A DNA stretch of 64,000 nucleotides from positions 71,052,001 to 71,116,000 of the forward strand of contig OX597823.1 in the NCBI GenBank assembly GCA_951406725.2, read 5' to 3'. Below are positions 58,231 through 64,000 of the stretch, piece after piece. Numbering within the stretch: the stretch's first letter is position 1; each line of letters begins with the position of its first letter. The translations under genes were made by a program, and so were the position numbers. Source of the DNA: Octopus vulgaris (taxonomy: Eukaryota). Below the pieces are notes generated by a model. That model did no database searches and was not told the DNA's origin. It saw only the letters and a list, made by a program, of their open reading frames with translations.

Positions 58231-59049
58231 ATATTGTTGGTACGTATTTATTGTAATATCTTTAAAGACGAATTCGGTTAATTATCTATAGGATACTTAT
58301 TCTGTACCCAACTTCTTCCACTGTCCGTCTCACTTACCCCAAGCGGTATTATTTCCAGAGTAACGCATCAATTTCATTTGCTGTCTTTTTGGAATATGTT
58401 TAATGAACATATTGATCAGGTATTTAGTAACAACCTTCGGCTCCTAAATATCTTACTAGGTGAGATATGTTGTATCTGTCAGAGTTCCAGGAGTGGTTAC
58501 TTTATCTCTCGATATTAAGATACACGCATATCGATGATATGCGTATATCTTAATATTTGTAAATTTAGACTTGGCTAATTGTCTATGTATCAGGAGTGAT
58601 GGAGGAAGGCGGCCAGAGTTTTGGAGGGAGATGGACGCAGCTTCAAAGCAAGGATAAAGAATAACGTGAAAGAGAAAAGAGAAACGTCTATATTTGATTA
58701 GAGGTAGAGAAATCGGAAAATATCAATAACTTTATGCAGCCATTCGTCCAACTTGCCTGATGTATGCGTATGTGTATGTGACTGGATGTTGTATGTGTGT
58801 GGACTGAGGCTTACACTTGCATATGCTTTTACACATATGCTGTTATGCAGGTGACATTCGCATATATTGAGAACGATTTATGCAAATTAGCATATGGACG
58901 CACCTCTCCCTTCCTTACACCACACATACTTTCAGTCTTATATACACATACAGACTTATACTGTAAATATAGGAATTGGAAATCGCAGATTAGTACGTCA
59001 TATAATATGCTTTGCTGCTCTTGGTCTTCACTTCTGAGTTCTAAGGCAC

Positions 59050-59605
59050 GCGCAGCAGCTCTGTTCCAATCAGGAGTCAAATACCAACATCTAGTGTTGT
59101 CATGATGTACGCTCACTACTTTTCTGTTCATTAATGATGGACATTTTTACTGAAAAGCTGCTTTCAAACGTGTTAGCTGTTGGCAGTATACGTCGTCTGT
59201 TATTGTTTCGTTGTCGTCTAGCAACTCATATATCTCATCATACACTCAGACGAATCTTCCTCGGATGCAAGCCACATCTGGGCTGTTGAGCTGGCTCTTC
59301 ACTACAACTGAGCCACTGGCTTTTTCACTTAACATTATGGTAAAGCATCCATTTTTCATCTCCAGTAATGAGCCTATTCAAAAAAGGCATTTGTCACTCA
59401 CGAACACGCAATGATGCGCAGTAGTCAACATGCTTGCGCAGTAGCCAATAAGTTGTCTGCAAGCTACAGCCCCCGGTTCTGTATCATTAAAACCATCTGC
59501 ATGTTCCTGCAGTCACTACGCCATCACCATAAGTGTTTTGGACTGATTTTGTTGCTACACTTGCAATGTTGCCTTTTTGAAATTCATAAAAAATAAGGGG
59601 ACAAA
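59050..59605 (-). mobile_element. Mariner transposase remnant
   Basis: Minus strand ITGDEKWM (about 59345-59370) and HHDNTR (about 59092-59110). Confidence 0.75.
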
Positions 59606-61820
59606 TATTTTCTTTGATTTGAATGAACATGAGGTCAATATAACAACTTCAATTATGATAAAGTTCTGAAAAGAAATTAAAGAAAACGCTATATTAACGA
59701 TTTCATTGCTTTTCAAATAGATTTGAGAAGTTAAACACCTTGAAATCTAACTAGATATATACTTTAAAAAAACTGGTAGAACTAAGGATTAAAATTTAGT
59801 GTTTTAGGACAAGTTTAGAGAGAAGGTTTAGGCTCGCGGTGAGAGTTTACAATTTTAGCTAGATTTTGCGTATAGGGTTTAACAGAGGATGGAAGATTAA
59901 ATAATTGAATCTGTGATTTCGGTTTAAAGCGTAAATACAAAGAAATTTTTTGAAATGTTATATTTATTGTTTAGTCTGATATTCTACTTATTGTTTATCC
60001 AAATCACCTGACTACGTTAAAGCTAAATAAGCGTAGGTTCAAGTCAGGCAAAGCCAGGTATAGCACGTTTGGGTGTGTGGGTGCGTATACTTGCTTGTAT
60101 ACTTATATATGTGTATGTATGCACACACATATACACATACACGCACACATATATATACACACATCTCTCTGTGTTTGTGTGAGCATATGCGCGTGTGTAT
60201 GAATGTCTGGTAAAACAGAAACAGGTTAAAAATTAATACTGTGTAGTTACCTGAATTTCAAGACATGTCATAGTCTCTACGTAGTGTTCTTCATTACAAG
60301 CGATTGATCAGGTGACAAAAGGATGTGTGTATTAAATTTTAACAGCATTTTCTGTGAGGTTAATATACTTCTGTCTGCAGTTGTATATTCGTTAAGTGGA
60401 CAGGAACTAATGTTTCTGAAACTGCATTCTGGCGGTTGAGGTTAAGTTTATATGACTTTGGTTGTAGCTGGATAATTGAAATGCGATATTATTGAAAACT
60501 GAAACTAACCTCAGCAGTATTCTTAGATATAACGCTTTGTGGTATTCGCAATATAAATAAATATCTCTCCATTAATGAAACTTCCTGGACAGTGATACTG
60601 TTCTCCTAGGCCTGCTACGTAGCCTTTTGTCTATGAATGAGGAAAAGAAAGGATACAATGCACTGGCCGACAAAAATGTACTTGTGAATATTTGATATGT
60701 GGTGAGATATCATGAAATAAAATGGGGGCTATTTTAGTACTACTTCCTTATCGAACAACAGTTGTAAATACACATCATTTCAGATATATGTAGTTTCCTC
60801 AGATCCTTAGTAAAATTGAAAAATATTTTTAGAGGAGTAAACTCGACTGATTTTATTCCAATATTACTGATATTTGTTCTAAGAATTCCGCAAAGAGGAC
60901 AGGCAAATGTAGGTCATTTCCAATTTGAAATCAAACGACTCTACTTTTAGTCCATGTAACTACATTTGCGGCTAAACGTATTCTACATTTAGTAATGCAT
61001 GAATTTTTGTCAACTTCTCATGTGAAGGATATTAAGTAGATGGCATTGGTAATTTATTTCTACGAACGTTAGCGGTGAAACTAAAGAGAATTGGCAATGA
61101 GACAAGATTAAATTAGGCGACTGATTTCACGTCCTAGAATCTTGGCTTCATTCTACATTACAATTTGCACTGTTGCTGATCAATCATGAGGTCTAAAACT
61201 CATATTACAATACATCGAATGGATTTCGGGTAGTAGGAAACTTATTTATTTTATTGTTATAGGCATAAATTCCAATAGTGTTTTGTACTTTCATACGTCC
61301 ATAATCCATAATGCATAAGTTAGCAAGTTTTATAAATAAATAATTACGATCATATATGATTTGTTTAGTCACTTGTGTTAGTAAGCGAAGTTGGAAAACA
61401 TCAGTTCAATCGTTCGGTATTCTTTATTTATTTAATAAAACTTAAATTAATTAATTATTATTTAATTTGGTTTTTAAAAAAATACTGATTCTAATGTACA
61501 ATATAATATAATTATATTCCATACGTATATTTCCGGAATGCATAAAGAGGGCTCATGTTCAATTAGTTTCGGAACAAATACAGCTCAATTACTGGCGCAA
61601 ATATAATTATTTCTGTTAATGAACTTCAGTTTTAACCAGGCATATTCAAACGTGTAAAGCTTTATATTAGATAATGATATAGATTTCTTCTGTACGGATA
61701 GAATTCATAATTTCAAAGAATTCAAAGGATATTAAGTATTGATTTCAGTGCGTCAACATATTTGGCAAATATATAAATCGACATTGCTTATAAGAAATAT
61801 AAACTTCTTCAATATCACTC

Positions 61821-61873
<53 letters not shown>

Positions 61874-62199
61874 ATGTATGTATGTATGTATGTATGTATG
61901 TATGTATGTATGTATGTATGTATGTATGTATGTACGTACGTATATATGTATGTATGTATATAAGAATGTATGTATGTAAGAATGTATGTGTGTATGTAAT
62001 TATTCAGTTTTATTTCAAGATTTCTTGTCAATAGAAAAAGAACTGGTTTCTAAACTAGATTCAAGGTTCCTTCAATGGAATTTCAACATCGACAACAGGA
62101 TATTTTTGTATGTATGTATGTATGTATGTATGTACGTACGTATGCATGCATGCATGCATGTATGTAAGTATGTATTCTCATGGATATTTAGACATTGTA

Positions 62200-63745
62200 A
62201 TATATATATAAATGATAAACTTCTGGAAAGTTTTACAGATTTTTACTGTTGCAGTGATGAACTGGATCTGTAGTCATCGAATTAACTTTCTCCTTTCTGG
62301 TTTTGAGAAGCCTAATTTCTCAAGACTGGTATTTAGGCAGTGTGTTACATATCTCAAGGCCCCAATAACTACAGGTATAAACCTGAACTTGTAATCCGAA
62401 TAGAGTAACAGCAGATTTCTCAACAGTTCAGCGTAGGCATTCTCTTTTCCACTGATCTTCAGCTTTATGTTAACATCTACTGGGCAGCTAATTTCCACAA
62501 CTGTACACAGTTTCGTTTCTCTATCCTAAATTACTATATCAGGTCTGGTGTGCTTACATTTTATTGAGGTTTCCACTGGGACATTCCAGCAGTATTTCTT
62601 TTTATTATAAGTGACTATGGCTTCTACCATACTGTGGGTTCTTATTTCTTTGTTCTCGGGGTTATCCTTACGACAGATTTCATTATAGAGTGTCCTAGCT
62701 ACAACATCATGTGTCATCGGTAGATAATACCGTGATGACATTATGTATGTATGTATGTATGTATGTATGTATGTATGTATGTATGTATGCATGTATATAT
62801 ATGTGCGTGTATGTAGGTATGTACGTATGTACATATGCATGTGTGTGTGTGTGTGTGTGCGTGTACGTGTGTGTGTGTATGTATGTATGAGTGTATGTAT
62901 GTATGTATTTATCTATCTATCTATGTATCTATGTTCTCTTTCGCTTTTCAATTTAGTGTAAATCTTGACCGGTCATCTACTTGGTGGCTAGTTTGTGACA
63001 GAAAGCATTTTATTTCAACCATCATCCTTTCAATCTTAAGAAAATCTTACAGATTGTTATAGTTCCAGGTATCATGATCATTTGTAGCGTATGAATTAAA
63101 GATTTGTGTTCTCTCCACAAGAACTAAAGTTCAGCAATACTATACTCCAGACAGGTTGGTATGTCTCCTATTGCTCCGATAATAATAGATATGAAAGAGT
63201 AGCTTGGGTACTGGATTTGCATACTCGTTACCAATGGTCCATAGACATCCTCTTTCTCATCAACCGCCCTGTTCCAAAACGCAACTGGTTTCCACAACAG
63301 TGCATCTTTTCTTTGTGGCCCCACACATCACTATCTGGCCGGTTATGTTTTAACTTGGTGGCTGTTTTAATTTTTAAGATCCACTTATATTCTTTTGCCC
63401 GATCGGATCAATGTAGCCAACTTCTATCTCATTACGTTCTTGTGGGGACCAATTCAGAAGGTCAAACGTAAGTGTGAGGACAGGCACTGCATAGGTGTTG
63501 CGGGCAATATACTAGTAAGCTGAGTGTTCTGATGACCATATTCTCTCTACTCTCCTGAGGTATTTAGTACTGATTTTATTTATTTTTCCATAATATTTGA
63601 CATTCTCATCTTGTCCGTGATGTCTATAATTGTCAACTGAATGTTTGTATTGTCAAGCCGTTTATTCTTACGTTTTCGGGAGAGGGTACAACCTTTCACG
63701 TATTGTTAAAAATGAACATTTGGGCTCACAAAATTCATCCTATTG
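62200..63745 (-). mobile_element. Degraded RLE LINE interrupted by a microsatellite
   Basis: YYLPMTHDVVAR, WNVPV..KHTRPDIVI, EISCP.D..K...Y, FIPVVIGAL. Confidence 0.85.
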
Positions 63746-64000
63746 CCACTAGAAAATTGTTATAAGGTCTAGTGGTGTTTTTATGAGGTCGATATTTGGC
63801 CCATACAGTTTCAAGTACTGAGTGTAAAAATTATTAAGAAATAATAATTTATACCAGTGGCCAGCATACGTAAAAAAAACGTCCAGGGACTGTAAATTAT
63901 ATTCACAAATATAAGATAAGAGGAAAGCCACTAAGTGGTTTCCTTACATGCTGAAACTAGACGCCAAATCGACGATTTGGCCTCTACTCTCAGCATGTAA

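Overview
AT-rich, microsatellite-saturated animal genomic DNA. The SINE, LINE and microsatellite landscape resembles octopus (cephalopod) genomes; this is inferred from recalled repeat families, not from a search. The window is mostly intron of one + strand class B (secretin-family) GPCR resembling CRF/DH44-type receptors. Three short exons are visible (21022-21175, 39705-39765, 50988-51057) and splice in frame to give TM3 to TM5. The introns hold two abundant tRNA-derived SINE families, R4/Dong-like RLE LINEs sitting in (TAA)n, mariner remnants, a pogo/Tigger-like MITE, non-autonomous Helitrons and a tRNA-Asp. The main hidden signal is about 15 minimal hammerhead-ribozyme (HHR) motifs (CUGANGA...GAAA-palindrome-UH). 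They are carried by Penelope-like elements (PLEs) and small non-autonomous derivatives that abut (TA)n tracts and repeatedly show inverted, fold-back structure. Among them are a tRNA-headed, HHR-tailed SINE-like family with target-site duplications (TSDs) and a fold-back tRNA-Asp/SINE/HHR-tail chimera. Intact HHR cores lie antisense to the GPCR pre-mRNA, while the sense copies seen have altered cores. Nearly all ORFs in the supplied track are microsatellite artefacts.
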